DNA of 27,039 nt from an uncultured Ruminococcus sp. (GTDB lineage: Bacteria > Bacillota > Clostridia > Oscillospirales > Acutalibacteraceae): NCBI GenBank assembly GCA_902796955.1, contig CADBRB010000086.1:1-27039 (forward strand). Direction: 5' to 3'. Both the position numbers and the translations under genes were made by a program. The notes beneath the pieces were generated by a model, which worked only from the letters and a program-made list of their open reading frames with translations, made no database searches and had not been told where the DNA came from. Each line of letters starts with the position of its first letter. Position 1 is the first letter of the stretch. Below are positions 14,895-23,603 of this stretch, piece after piece.

Positions 14895-16160
14895 TTACTT
14901 CTTTATCTTTTCCCAATATGCTTTATAGGCTTGTTCGGTTTTATTGTCGCCATACTCGTAGTACTGTGCGTCTTTTATTTCATTGGGAAGATACTGCTGA
15001 ACAACATAATGATTCGGAAAATCGTGCGGATACTTGTAAAATTGCCCTTTAACGGCGGCATCAGCTCCGTCATAATGCTTGTTCTGCAATGTACGTGGAA
15101 TATCTCCGGTTCTGCCGTTTCTTATATCGGCAATCGCCCTGTCTATTGCCATATATGCGGAATTTGATTTGGGTGCGTTGCATACCATTATAACAGCGTC
15201 GGCAAGAGGTATCCTCGCCTCCGGCAATCCAACCTGAAGCGCACTGTCCACACACGCTTTTACAATCGGTATAATTTGCGGATATGCAAGTCCAACGTCC
15301 TCACAGGCGCATACTATCAGTCTGCGGCAGGCTGAGGCAAGGTCGCCCGCCTCCAGCAGCCTTGCAAGATAATGTATGGCGGCGTTGCTGTCTGAGCCTC
15401 GCATGGATTTTTGGAATGCAGAAAGTATGTCGTAGTGATTATCGCCCTCACGGTCGTATTTCATTGCGCTTTTCTGGGTAAGCTCCATAGCGGTTTTAAG
15501 CTCTACGATATAGCTGTTTTCATATTGCTGTCTGGCGGTAAGCACACAAAGCTCAACTGAGTTGATAGCCTTTCGCACATCTCCTCCGCAGGCGGCGGCT
15601 ATGTAATGTACTGTACCGTCCTCAATATCGAGAGTAAGTCCCTGTGCTTCGGCGCATTTACTGAATGCACGTTCAACAGCCCGCTCTATCTCTTTACTGC
15701 TGACTGTTTTAAACTCAAAAACGGTACTTCTGCTTAAAATAGCATTATATACGTAAAAATAAGGGTTTTCGGTTGTTGCGGCAATAAGCGTAATACTACC
15801 GTTTTCTATATATTCCAGCAAAACCTGCTGCTGCTTTTTATTAAAATACTGTATCTCATCAAGATACAGCAGTATTCCGTTTACGGTTTCCAGCGTGTCT
15901 ATCTGCGCAACTATATCCTTTATATCTGATGTTGAGGCGGTAGTGGCATTGAGCTTTCGCAGAGCTTTGTTTGTGCGTTTGGCTATGATAGAAGCAACGG
16001 TCGTTTTGCCTATGCCGGAGGGACCGTAAAACACCATGTTGGGTATAATACCCGTTTCGATTATTTTTCTCAGAGGCTTGCCCTCGCCCAAAAGATGCTC
16101 CTGACCCACTACGTCGTCAAGGCTCTCAGGTCGCAGGCTGTCTGCAAGAGGCTTTGTCAT
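14895..16160 (-). CDS. rarA: Replication-associated recombination protein A (RarA/MgsA), AAA+ ATPase
   Basis: Walker A (GPSGIGKTT), Walker B (LYLDEIQYFNK), and the C-terminal MgsA helical domain (HYDILSAFQKSMRGSD...AIHYLARLLEAGD). Confidence 0.9.
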   Translation of the reverse strand: MTKPLADSLRPESLDDVVGQEHLLGEGKPLRKIIETGIIPNMVFYGPSGIGKTTVASIIAKRTNKALRKLNATTASTSDIKDIVAQIDTLETVNGILLYLDEIQYFNKKQQQVLLEYIENGSITLIAATTENPYFYVYNAILSRSTVFEFKTVSSKEIERAVERAFSKCAEAQGLTLDIEDGTVHYIAAACGGDVRKAINSVELCVLTARQQYENSYIVELKTAMELTQKSAMKYDREGDNHYDILSAFQKSMRGSDSNAAIHYLARLLEAGDLASACRRLIVCACEDVGLAYPQIIPIVKACVDSALQVGLPEARIPLADAVIMVCNAPKSNSAYMAIDRAIADIRNGRTGDIPRTLQNKHYDGADAAVKGQFYKYPHDFPNHYVVQQYLPNEIKDAQYYEYGDNKTEQAYKAYWEKIKK

Positions 16161-16207
16161 ATCACGATACCGTGCGGCAGATTAGTCGCCGTTTCCTTTC
16201 GTTAAAA

Positions 16208-17401
16208 TCATTGTTTGCCGAATACCAAATCAATTATCCTGTCTGTGGAGTGTCCGTCACAGTTTAGCATGAATTTCTCCCTGAAATCTCTTACAGTCTG
16301 TTTGTTAAAGCGGTTTTCTATGTCAAGTATATACTCTATCATCGAGTGAGTGTCATAGAATACTTCGCCGGGAGTCAGCTCGTCATAGTCGTAGTAAAAA
16401 CCGCGCCAATCATTATATTCGTCTATGTCATAAGCAAAGAACAGCATTGGACGCTCAAAAAGCGAGTACTCAAACACAAGAGAAGAATAGTCCGATATGC
16501 ATATATCCGCCACGCAAAGCAGTTCGTCGATTTTCATCAGCTTTGATATATCATGACAAAAGCCCTTGCACTGAGGCGGTATAAATGTCTGCTCTTTTAT
16601 AAACGGATGATTCTTTATAAGCAGAATATACTTATCGCCAAGCTTATCACACATATCCGCAATATCCAGCTTGTCCGGCGCATAAGCCGAGTTTATATGA
16701 CCTCTGAAAGTAGGCGCATAGAGTATAATCTTTCTTCCGTTTAAATCCGGTACAAGCTGTATCAGCTTTTCCCTTGCAGAGTTTATAAAAGCCTCGTCAA
16801 AAAACACATCGGTTCTGCTCACTCCAACAGGCTTTACAACTCCGCTTTCGTGGGAAATATTCATGGCCTCCTCATATGCCCAGACTATGGACGGACTGCT
16901 CACCGTAACATGAGAGTAATGCCTGTGAAGAGGGTATTTTTTAAGCTGAGCCGCACTCTCTCCGAATATCGAATCCGCCGTGCTGAAGCCAAAGCGCTTA
17001 AAAGCACCGCAGGCGTGCCATAGCTGAGTGACTACGGTTTCGCTTCGCATCGGTACGTTGTCAACAACATCACAGGCTGTGTTTATAAATATATAGCCTG
17101 CGTCAGCCATATCTTTAAGGCATCTTATACTGCGTTTCAGCTGTTCAAGCCTGCCGCAGTTTTTATTATCTATAAAGTGACAGCCGAGCGTAAGCTTTTC
17201 ATCGGAAGAAAGCCTCTTGAAAAGCAGCTTAAAGTTGTCCGAAAGCGCTCCCTGATGCATTTCAATAAAGATAATTTTATTCTTGTTTACCGGTTTCCTT
17301 GCATGCTTTGTGTATACATGCGGAAAGATTATTCTATACAGAAAGAATCTATAAATCAGGTACAAAACCCGTTTAAACGGATAAATTATTTTACTTAACA
17401 T
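16208..17401 (-). CDS. CDP-glycerol:poly(glycerophosphate) glycerophosphotransferase family protein (TagB/TagF-like, Glyphos_transf) with an N-terminal hydrophobic extension
   Basis: Family motifs KIIFIEMHQGALSDN, IVWAYEEA, LYAPTFRG, CISDYSSLVFEYSLFERPMLFFAYD, RGFYYDY. I prefer the ATG at 17401 (AGGA 8 nt upstream) over the TTG at 17407 in the ORF track. Confidence 0.85.
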   Translation of the reverse strand: MLSKIIYPFKRVLYLIYRFFLYRIIFPHVYTKHARKPVNKNKIIFIEMHQGALSDNFKLLFKRLSSDEKLTLGCHFIDNKNCGRLEQLKRSIRCLKDMADAGYIFINTACDVVDNVPMRSETVVTQLWHACGAFKRFGFSTADSIFGESAAQLKKYPLHRHYSHVTVSSPSIVWAYEEAMNISHESGVVKPVGVSRTDVFFDEAFINSAREKLIQLVPDLNGRKIILYAPTFRGHINSAYAPDKLDIADMCDKLGDKYILLIKNHPFIKEQTFIPPQCKGFCHDISKLMKIDELLCVADICISDYSSLVFEYSLFERPMLFFAYDIDEYNDWRGFYYDYDELTPGEVFYDTHSMIEYILDIENRFNKQTVRDFREKFMLNCDGHSTDRIIDLVFGKQ

Positions 17402-17887
17402 AATCAATTCCTTTACTTGTAAAACTACAGCCTGTAATGCAGGCGATGTACGGTAACATATATTTACAGTGTCACCGCTTCAATCAATGATAATTCTACC
17501 ACTATTAAAGCTGTTTTTCAATAAAAGAACGTAAAATCGACAAAATTATTAGTATAAGAGGTTGCAATAATTTAGTGCTTATGTTACAATTAATATGTTT
17601 GACAGGCGTTATGCCATGTGATTTAGGCAGTGTTGCACGGCACGTTTGCAACAGATGTATAGCTGTAGTAACGCTTGTATTCAGTTAAATTACCGGTCAC
17701 CGCAGGGGCAGACGTCAGAGCTTGAATGTTTTATGCTTCGGCTTTATCAACGGCAGGCATAGTATTGGCAAAAAGCCAGGCGGTAGAATTAATACAGAAA
17801 ATATAATGCCCGGCTTAGAGGGTGCTGAAAGGGGGAACATTAGCAGACCGATTACGGATTAATATTAACAGAGAGTGAGGTTATATA

Positions 17888-18382
17888 ATGAAGATTTTAA
17901 GGAAAGTAGCCGTTTTGATTTTATGCTTGGGGTTGCTTGGGTTTGGAATAAACTATATTTTTCTGACAACTCACGTTTCTGTGGATGAGATAGAATCCAT
18001 TTATGTTTATCATACGGAAAACGGTGCAAGAATCAAAGAATACAATATCAGTTTTGTTGAGAAAAAGCTCTACTCCTTTGAATCTACCGACGGCGGCAAC
18101 CGTAACGGAGAAACTAATGACGGTTATCAGGGAGTTGTTTCGGTCAGCGATGAACAGCTTGCAAGGTTTGTAAGCGGAGCAAACAGTTGCGCATTTTTTA
18201 ACTGGAAGCTCAGGTATGTTGACGAGAGTATAACGGATACATCTGCTTACCCGCAGTGGGGGGTAGAAGTAAAATATAAAAATTCGGCTATGAGCAAAAC
18301 GGTCGGAATCGGAGCATACCCGATGAGATTTGAATATATGCAAAAGGTTTTCAAGCAAAGCTTCGGTTTAAACATTTTGTAA
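17888..18382 (+). CDS. Hypothetical membrane-anchored / secreted protein (N-terminal signal-anchor)
   Basis: 164-aa ORF with an N-terminal hydrophobic segment (VAVLILCLGLLGFGINYIFL) and RBS GAGG 7 nt upstream of the ATG. I recognise no domain. Confidence 0.6.
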   Translation: MKILRKVAVLILCLGLLGFGINYIFLTTHVSVDEIESIYVYHTENGARIKEYNISFVEKKLYSFESTDGGNRNGETNDGYQGVVSVSDEQLARFVSGANSCAFFNWKLRYVDESITDTSAYPQWGVEVKYKNSAMSKTVGIGAYPMRFEYMQKVFKQSFGLNIL

Positions 18383-18542
18383 AACTTTGTTTGAAAGCTG
18401 TGGACATTTTTTAAAAAATATAGTATTATATTAAGCGGTCTTGATTTATTAACGCTTTGCTTTATAAATCATTTACTGCATACTATAATCAACAAACATT
18501 CTATTTTAGAATTTTTGAGTAATATTAGGAGGAAATTAGAAG

Positions 18543-19040
18543 ATGCAAAAAAAAATCAGCAAAATCCCGTTCAAGGGAACGCCTGAGCAGGAAGAGCAGC
18601 TTAAAGCCATCATCGCAAAGCATAAAGATGATCCCGGTGCAGTAATGCCTGTTTTGCAAGAGGCTCAGGATGTTTACGGATATCTGCCGATAGAGGTTCA
18701 GCAAATGATAGCTGAGGGTCTTAACGTACCTCTTGAAGAGGTATTCGGAGTATCCACGTTCTATTCGCAGTTTTCGCTGACGCCAAAGGGAGAATACAAT
18801 ATTTCCGTATGTCTTGGTACAGCGTGCTATGTAAAGGGATCGGGAAATATACTGAACAAGATTACGGAGATGCTCGGAATAGAGGCTGAAGAATGTACTC
18901 AGGACGGCAAATTCTCGCTTACGGCGTGCCGTTGCATAGGTGCCTGCGGTCTTGCTCCGGTTCTCACGGTAAATGATGAGGTTTACGGACGTCTTACGGT
19001 TGATGACGTACCCACGATACTTAATAAATATACAGCATAA
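18543..19040 (+). CDS. hndA: NuoE-like [2Fe-2S] thioredoxin-fold subunit of a multimeric [FeFe]-hydrogenase (HndA/HydC-type)
   Basis: NuoE/24-kDa motifs, C(x4)C...C(x3)C: CLGTACYVKGS ... CRCIGACGLAPV. RBS AGGAGG. Confidence 0.85.
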   Translation: MQKKISKIPFKGTPEQEEQLKAIIAKHKDDPGAVMPVLQEAQDVYGYLPIEVQQMIAEGLNVPLEEVFGVSTFYSQFSLTPKGEYNISVCLGTACYVKGSGNILNKITEMLGIEAEECTQDGKFSLTACRCIGACGLAPVLTVNDEVYGRLTVDDVPTILNKYTA

Positions 19041-19045
19041 AGCTT

Positions 19046-19609
19046 ATGAGGGATTTATCCTTAAACGTGCTGGATATAGTCCAAAACTCAATTACTGCAA
19101 AGGCACGTTTGATTGAAATATCAATAAATGAATGCTCCGAGGATAAAACTCTGTTACTGCGCATATCTGACGATGGTATTGGAATGACGCCCGAACAGGC
19201 GCAGCTTGCGGCTGAAACGCACTATACCACTCAAAATGGCGAAAACTCCGGCTATGGTTTACCTTTGATAAAAGCATTGACGGAAAAAACAGGCGGTAAG
19301 CTTGAGATAAGTTCAGCACCGCAAAAAGGTACTGCGGTAAGCTGTCTGTTTTATACGGAAAATCCTTATATGATACCGTTTGGTGATATGAACGCTACAG
19401 TAGCCGTCTTGATTTGCTGTAATCCGGAGGTTGAGTTTATATATCAAAGAAGCCGCAATGAAAAGAGTTATGTGCTGGATTCCCGGCATATGGACGACAT
19501 TCTCGGCGGATGTTTAACTCAGGGCGGAGTAATCAAACGCATTACAGAGTATTTAACGGGGCAGGAAAACATATTATACGGAGGTGCAATCAGCAATGAA
19601 AACACTTGA
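19046..19609 (+). CDS. Histidine-kinase-like ATPase (HATPase_c) domain protein embedded in the hydrogenase operon. It has no DHp/His-phosphotransfer domain.
   Basis: Bergerat-fold boxes: N-box-like LNVLDIVQNSITA, G1 ISDDGIGM, G2 GYGLPLIK. At 187 aa it lacks a sensor and an H-box. Confidence 0.7.
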   Translation: MRDLSLNVLDIVQNSITAKARLIEISINECSEDKTLLLRISDDGIGMTPEQAQLAAETHYTTQNGENSGYGLPLIKALTEKTGGKLEISSAPQKGTAVSCLFYTENPYMIPFGDMNATVAVLICCNPEVEFIYQRSRNEKSYVLDSRHMDDILGGCLTQGGVIKRITEYLTGQENILYGGAISNENT

Positions 19610-19949
19610 AGAGCTGAAGGCAATAAGAGAAAAGAATAAGCCTCAGCTGTATTTCAGAAAAGAAAACCACGATGCCACAAGGATTTTTGTATATATGTCA
19701 ACGGCGGCAATCGACGCCGGTGCAAGAGATGTATTGATGACATTTGCAAACACTCTGGCAGATAAAAATATACTTGATGCGGTTGCCATACAAAAAGGCG
19801 CACCGTCAGAGGGTAATGATGTAAAGGTGGACGTTGTTAAGCCTGACGGCGAAACAGTTACCTACATTGGCATTACACCCGAAAAAGCAGTCAGAATAGT
19901 TGACGAGCATATTATAAATAATAACGTTGTTGCCGAGTTTAAGGCATAA
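19596..19949 (+). CDS. Small Cys-less thioredoxin-like protein (HndB-like), a paralogue of the N-terminal [2Fe-2S] domain of the NuoF-like subunit but with no cysteines
   Basis: 117 aa from the ATG at 19596 (GGAGG 11 nt upstream). It overlaps the preceding gene's stop by 14 nt. Its layout (RIFVYMSTAA...LD.V....G.......VKPDGETVTYIGITPEKAVRIVDEHI) parallels the N-terminus of the 595-aa subunit (VLVCGGTGC...GCFGLC...MIVYPEGSFYSMVNVDNIPEIVREHL), but it contains zero Cys. Confidence 0.6.
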   Translation: MKTLEELKAIREKNKPQLYFRKENHDATRIFVYMSTAAIDAGARDVLMTFANTLADKNILDAVAIQKGAPSEGNDVKVDVVKPDGETVTYIGITPEKAVRIVDEHIINNNVVAEFKA

Positions 19950-19965
19950 TTAAGGAGGAAGCTTA

Positions 19966-21753
19966 ATGTATCGTTCTACTGTACTTGTGTGCGGCGGTAC
20001 CGGTTGTACCTCCTCACACAGCGAAAAAATAATAGAGGCTTTGCACAGAGAGATAGCCGCCAACGGACTTGAAAACGAGGTAAACGTTGTGCGTACAGGC
20101 TGCTTCGGACTCTGTGCATTAGGCCCGATAATGATAGTATATCCGGAGGGCAGTTTTTATTCAATGGTAAACGTTGACAATATTCCTGAGATAGTGCGCG
20201 AGCATCTTCTCAAGGGAAGAATAGTTACACGTCTGCTCTATCAGGAAACTGTTGACGGGGATGAAATAAAATCCCTTAACTCCACAAACTTCTATGCAAA
20301 GCAAAGACGTATCGCATTGAGAAACTGCGGTGTTATAAACCCTGAATGTATAGATGAATACATAGGCAGAGACGGCTACAGAGCGCTTGGCAAGGTGCTT
20401 ACCGAAATGACCCCGGAGCAGGTTATCCAGACCATTAAGGATTCCGGACTCAGAGGCAGAGGCGGCGGCGGATTCCCAACAGGCATAAAGTGGAGTCTTG
20501 CTGCAGGTAATCAGGCCGATCAAAAATATGTGTGCTGTAACGCCGATGAGGGCGACCCCGGCGCATTCATGGACCGTTCGGTACTTGAGGGTGATCCTCA
20601 CACTGTTATTGAGGCTATGGCGATAGCCGGCTATGCAATCGGCGCAACAAAGGGCTACATCTATATTCGTGCGGAGTACCCGATAGCTGTTCAGCGTTTG
20701 AGAATAGCCATTAATCAGGCAAGAGAATACGGTATGCTCGGCGATGATATATTCGGTTCGGGCTTTAGCTTTGATATAAATGTAAGACTCGGTGCTGGCG
20801 CATTTGTATGCGGTGAGGAAACAGCTCTGCTTACCTCTATAGAGGGCAGAAGAGGCGAGCCTCGTCCACGTCCTCCGTATCCTGCGGTAAAGGGTCTGTA
20901 CGGAAAGCCCACCATACTCAATAACGTTGAAACATACGCCAACATAACTCAAATTATACTTAACGGACCCGAATGGTTTGCTTCCGTTGGTACCGAAAGG
21001 TCAAAGGGAACAAAGGTATTTGCTCTCGGCGGAAAAATAAATCATACCGGACTTGTTGAAGTACCTATGGGAACCACCCTGCGTGAAATCGTAGAGGAAA
21101 TAGGCGGCGGCGTTCCGAACGGCAAAAGGTTTAAGGCGGCGCAAACAGGCGGACCTTCCGGCGGATGTATTCCGGCAGAGCATTTCGATGTTCCGATAGA
21201 TTATGATAATCTTATTGAGATAGGCTCTATGATGGGCTCAGGCGGACTTATCGTAATGGACGAAACCACCTGTATGGTAGATATTGCCAAGTTCTTCCTT
21301 GAATTTACCGTTGACGAATCCTGCGGTAAATGTACACCGTGCCGTATAGGTACAAAGAGATTGCTTGAAATGCTTGAGAAAATCACAAACGGACAAGGTA
21401 CGCTTGAGGATTTGGATGAGATGGAAAAGCTCTGCCATTACATCAAGGACAATTCACTCTGCGGATTGGGACAAACTGCTCCTAACCCTGTGCTTTCAAC
21501 ATTGCATTTCTTCCGTGACGAATACATAGCACACGTTGTTGATAAAAAGTGTCCTGCCGGAGTATGCAAGGCATTGCTTTCATATGTAATAGATGCAGAT
21601 AAATGTAAGGGCTGTACGGCTTGCGCCAGAGTTTGCCCTGCCGGTGCGATATCCGGTACGGTTAAGCAGCCGCATACGATTGACCCCGCAAAATGCTTAA
21701 AGTGCGGAGCCTGCATGGAGAAGTGCAGATTCGGTGCAATTTCCAAGAAATAA
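19966..21753 (+). CDS. hndC: NuoF-like NAD(P)H-binding FMN / Fe-S subunit of a bifurcating [FeFe]-hydrogenase (HndC/HydB-type)
   Basis: N-terminal Trx-like 2Fe-2S domain (CGGTGC...CFGLC), NuoF domain (GLRGRGGGGFPTGIKW), a 4Fe-4S site (ESCGKCTPCR), and a C-terminal 2x[4Fe-4S] ferredoxin (CKGCTACARVCP, CLKCGACMEKC). RBS AAGGAGG. Confidence 0.9.
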   Translation: MYRSTVLVCGGTGCTSSHSEKIIEALHREIAANGLENEVNVVRTGCFGLCALGPIMIVYPEGSFYSMVNVDNIPEIVREHLLKGRIVTRLLYQETVDGDEIKSLNSTNFYAKQRRIALRNCGVINPECIDEYIGRDGYRALGKVLTEMTPEQVIQTIKDSGLRGRGGGGFPTGIKWSLAAGNQADQKYVCCNADEGDPGAFMDRSVLEGDPHTVIEAMAIAGYAIGATKGYIYIRAEYPIAVQRLRIAINQAREYGMLGDDIFGSGFSFDINVRLGAGAFVCGEETALLTSIEGRRGEPRPRPPYPAVKGLYGKPTILNNVETYANITQIILNGPEWFASVGTERSKGTKVFALGGKINHTGLVEVPMGTTLREIVEEIGGGVPNGKRFKAAQTGGPSGGCIPAEHFDVPIDYDNLIEIGSMMGSGGLIVMDETTCMVDIAKFFLEFTVDESCGKCTPCRIGTKRLLEMLEKITNGQGTLEDLDEMEKLCHYIKDNSLCGLGQTAPNPVLSTLHFFRDEYIAHVVDKKCPAGVCKALLSYVIDADKCKGCTACARVCPAGAISGTVKQPHTIDPAKCLKCGACMEKCRFGAISKK

Positions 21754-21787
21754 TCATTATTTATCTGCGAAAGGAATGGATATCAAC

Positions 21788-23530
21788 ATGGAAATGATTA
21801 ACATAAAAATTAACGGTATGCCGTTATCCGTACCTGCCGGCTCCACTATTTTAGAGGCGGCAAGGTATGCCGGAATAAATATACCAACTCTCTGCTTTTT
21901 AAAGGATATAAACGAAATCGGCGCCTGCCGTATGTGTGTTGTAGAGGTTAAAAGAGCGCGTTCGCTTGTTGCCGCCTGCGTATATCCCGTAAGCGAGGGA
22001 ATGGAGATTTTTACAAACACAAAGAGAGTACAGGATTCCAGAAGAACTACTCTTGAGCTTATTCTTTCAAAGCATAAGAGGAAATGTCTTTCCTGCCTGC
22101 GCAGTGAGAACTGCGAGCTTCAAAAGCTTTGCCTTGAGCTTGGCGTTGAGGATGAGGGACGCTTCGACGGAGCAAATCCATCCTGCGAAAAGGACGAATC
22201 CACCGCTTATCTTGTAAGAGATAACGATAAATGTATACTTTGCAAACGCTGTGTAGCCGCTTGCCATAACCAGTATGTATCGGTTATAGGAGCTAACAAC
22301 AGAGGTTTTGACTCGGTTATCGGCTGTGCTTATGAGAAAAAGCTTGCCGACGTTTCATGCGTTGGCTGCGGCCAGTGTATAGTAAGCTGTCCCACAGGCG
22401 CACTCACAGAGCGTGACCAGACTAACGATGTTTTCGATGTTATCAATGACCCTGAAAAGATTGTTATAGTTCAAACAGCACCGTCTATAAGAGCTGCTTT
22501 GGGCGAATGCTTTGATATGCCTATAGGCACAAATGTTAAGGGCAAAATGGTTGCCGCACTTAAAAGACTTGGATTTGATAAGGTTTTCGATACCGACTTC
22601 GGTGCCGACCTCACCATAATGGAGGAAGCAAACGAGCTTATCGCCAGAATCAAGAACGGCGGAAAACTCCCGATGATTACATCCTGCTCACCGGGATGGG
22701 TTAAGTTCTGTGAGCATTATTATCCCGAACTGTTGCCGCATCTTTCAAGCTGTAAATCACCGCAACAGATGACAGGCGCAATAATAAAGAGCTATTATGC
22801 GGAAAAAGAGGGTATAGACCCCAAAAAGATAGTTGTAGTAAGCGTAATGCCATGTACTGCAAAGAAGTTTGAATGCGCCCGCGAGGAGTTTGCAAACGAA
22901 GAGGGAATAACTGACGTAGATATAGTTATTACCACCAGAGAGCTTGCCAGAATGATTAAGCGTGCGCAAATCAACTTTAAGGATTTGCCGGATGAGGAAT
23001 TTGACCCGGCACTCGGTCTTTCAACAGGCGCAGGCGTTATTTTCGGTGCTACCGGCGGTGTTATGGAGGCTGCACTCAGAACCGCTGCCGATGTTCTCAC
23101 AGGGGAATCTCAGGAGAATATAGAGTACCATGAGGTAAGAGGAACCAAGGGTATTAAAGAAGCTTCATATAATTTGGGTGGAGCAGATATAAAGGTAGCT
23201 GTTGCAAGCGGACTTTCAAATGCCGCAAAGCTGCTTGAAATGATAAAGAACGGCGAAGCCGATTATCAGTTTATTGAGATAATGTGTTGTCCGGGCGGTT
23301 GTGTAAACGGCGGCGGACAGCCGATACAGCCTGCTAATGTCAGAAACTTTAACGACATTAAAGCTATGAGAGCAAAGGCTATCTATGAGGAGGACAGAAA
23401 TCTTCCGCTTAGAAAATCTCACGAAAGTCCGATAATTAAAGAATTATACTCAACTTATCTCGGTGAGCCCGGCGGCCACAGAGCGCATGAGCTTCTGCAT
23501 ACTACCTATGTAGAGAGAAAGAAGTATTAA
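21788..23530 (+). CDS. hydA: [FeFe]-hydrogenase catalytic subunit HydA (group A multimeric type) with N-terminal 2Fe-2S and FeS-cluster domains
   Basis: N-terminal plant-type ferredoxin fold (INGMPLSV...CRMC). 4Fe-4S motifs (CILCKRCVAAC, CVGCGQCIVSCP). H-cluster motifs L1 TSCSPGW, L2 MPCTAKKFE, L3 EIMCCPGGCVNGGGQP. The ORF track begins at 21734, overlapping hndC. I prefer the ATG at 21788 (MEMINIKING) with AAAGGA about 12 nt upstream; the ATG at 21794 is also possible. Confidence 0.9.
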   Translation: MEMINIKINGMPLSVPAGSTILEAARYAGINIPTLCFLKDINEIGACRMCVVEVKRARSLVAACVYPVSEGMEIFTNTKRVQDSRRTTLELILSKHKRKCLSCLRSENCELQKLCLELGVEDEGRFDGANPSCEKDESTAYLVRDNDKCILCKRCVAACHNQYVSVIGANNRGFDSVIGCAYEKKLADVSCVGCGQCIVSCPTGALTERDQTNDVFDVINDPEKIVIVQTAPSIRAALGECFDMPIGTNVKGKMVAALKRLGFDKVFDTDFGADLTIMEEANELIARIKNGGKLPMITSCSPGWVKFCEHYYPELLPHLSSCKSPQQMTGAIIKSYYAEKEGIDPKKIVVVSVMPCTAKKFECAREEFANEEGITDVDIVITTRELARMIKRAQINFKDLPDEEFDPALGLSTGAGVIFGATGGVMEAALRTAADVLTGESQENIEYHEVRGTKGIKEASYNLGGADIKVAVASGLSNAAKLLEMIKNGEADYQFIEIMCCPGGCVNGGGQPIQPANVRNFNDIKAMRAKAIYEEDRNLPLRKSHESPIIKELYSTYLGEPGGHRAHELLHTTYVERKKY

Positions 23531-23603
23531 TTTCAGTTTAAGTTTAATAAGGTACACAGTCGTTTAACGGCTGTGTACCTACAGCAATCAAGGAGGCGTG
23601 GTT

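Noticed and set aside
18383-18542. Rex (redox) operator upstream of the hydrogenase operon
   Set aside because: I looked for a TTGTGAA-N4-TTCACAA-like palindrome. The only candidate, ttgtttgaaagctgtggaca, is not palindromic. I could not support a call.
20161-20952. 263-aa antisense ORF opposite the NuoF-like hydrogenase subunit
   Set aside because: The sense frame carries unmistakable NuoF and ferredoxin motifs. The antisense product is Cys/Arg-rich junk with no start context.
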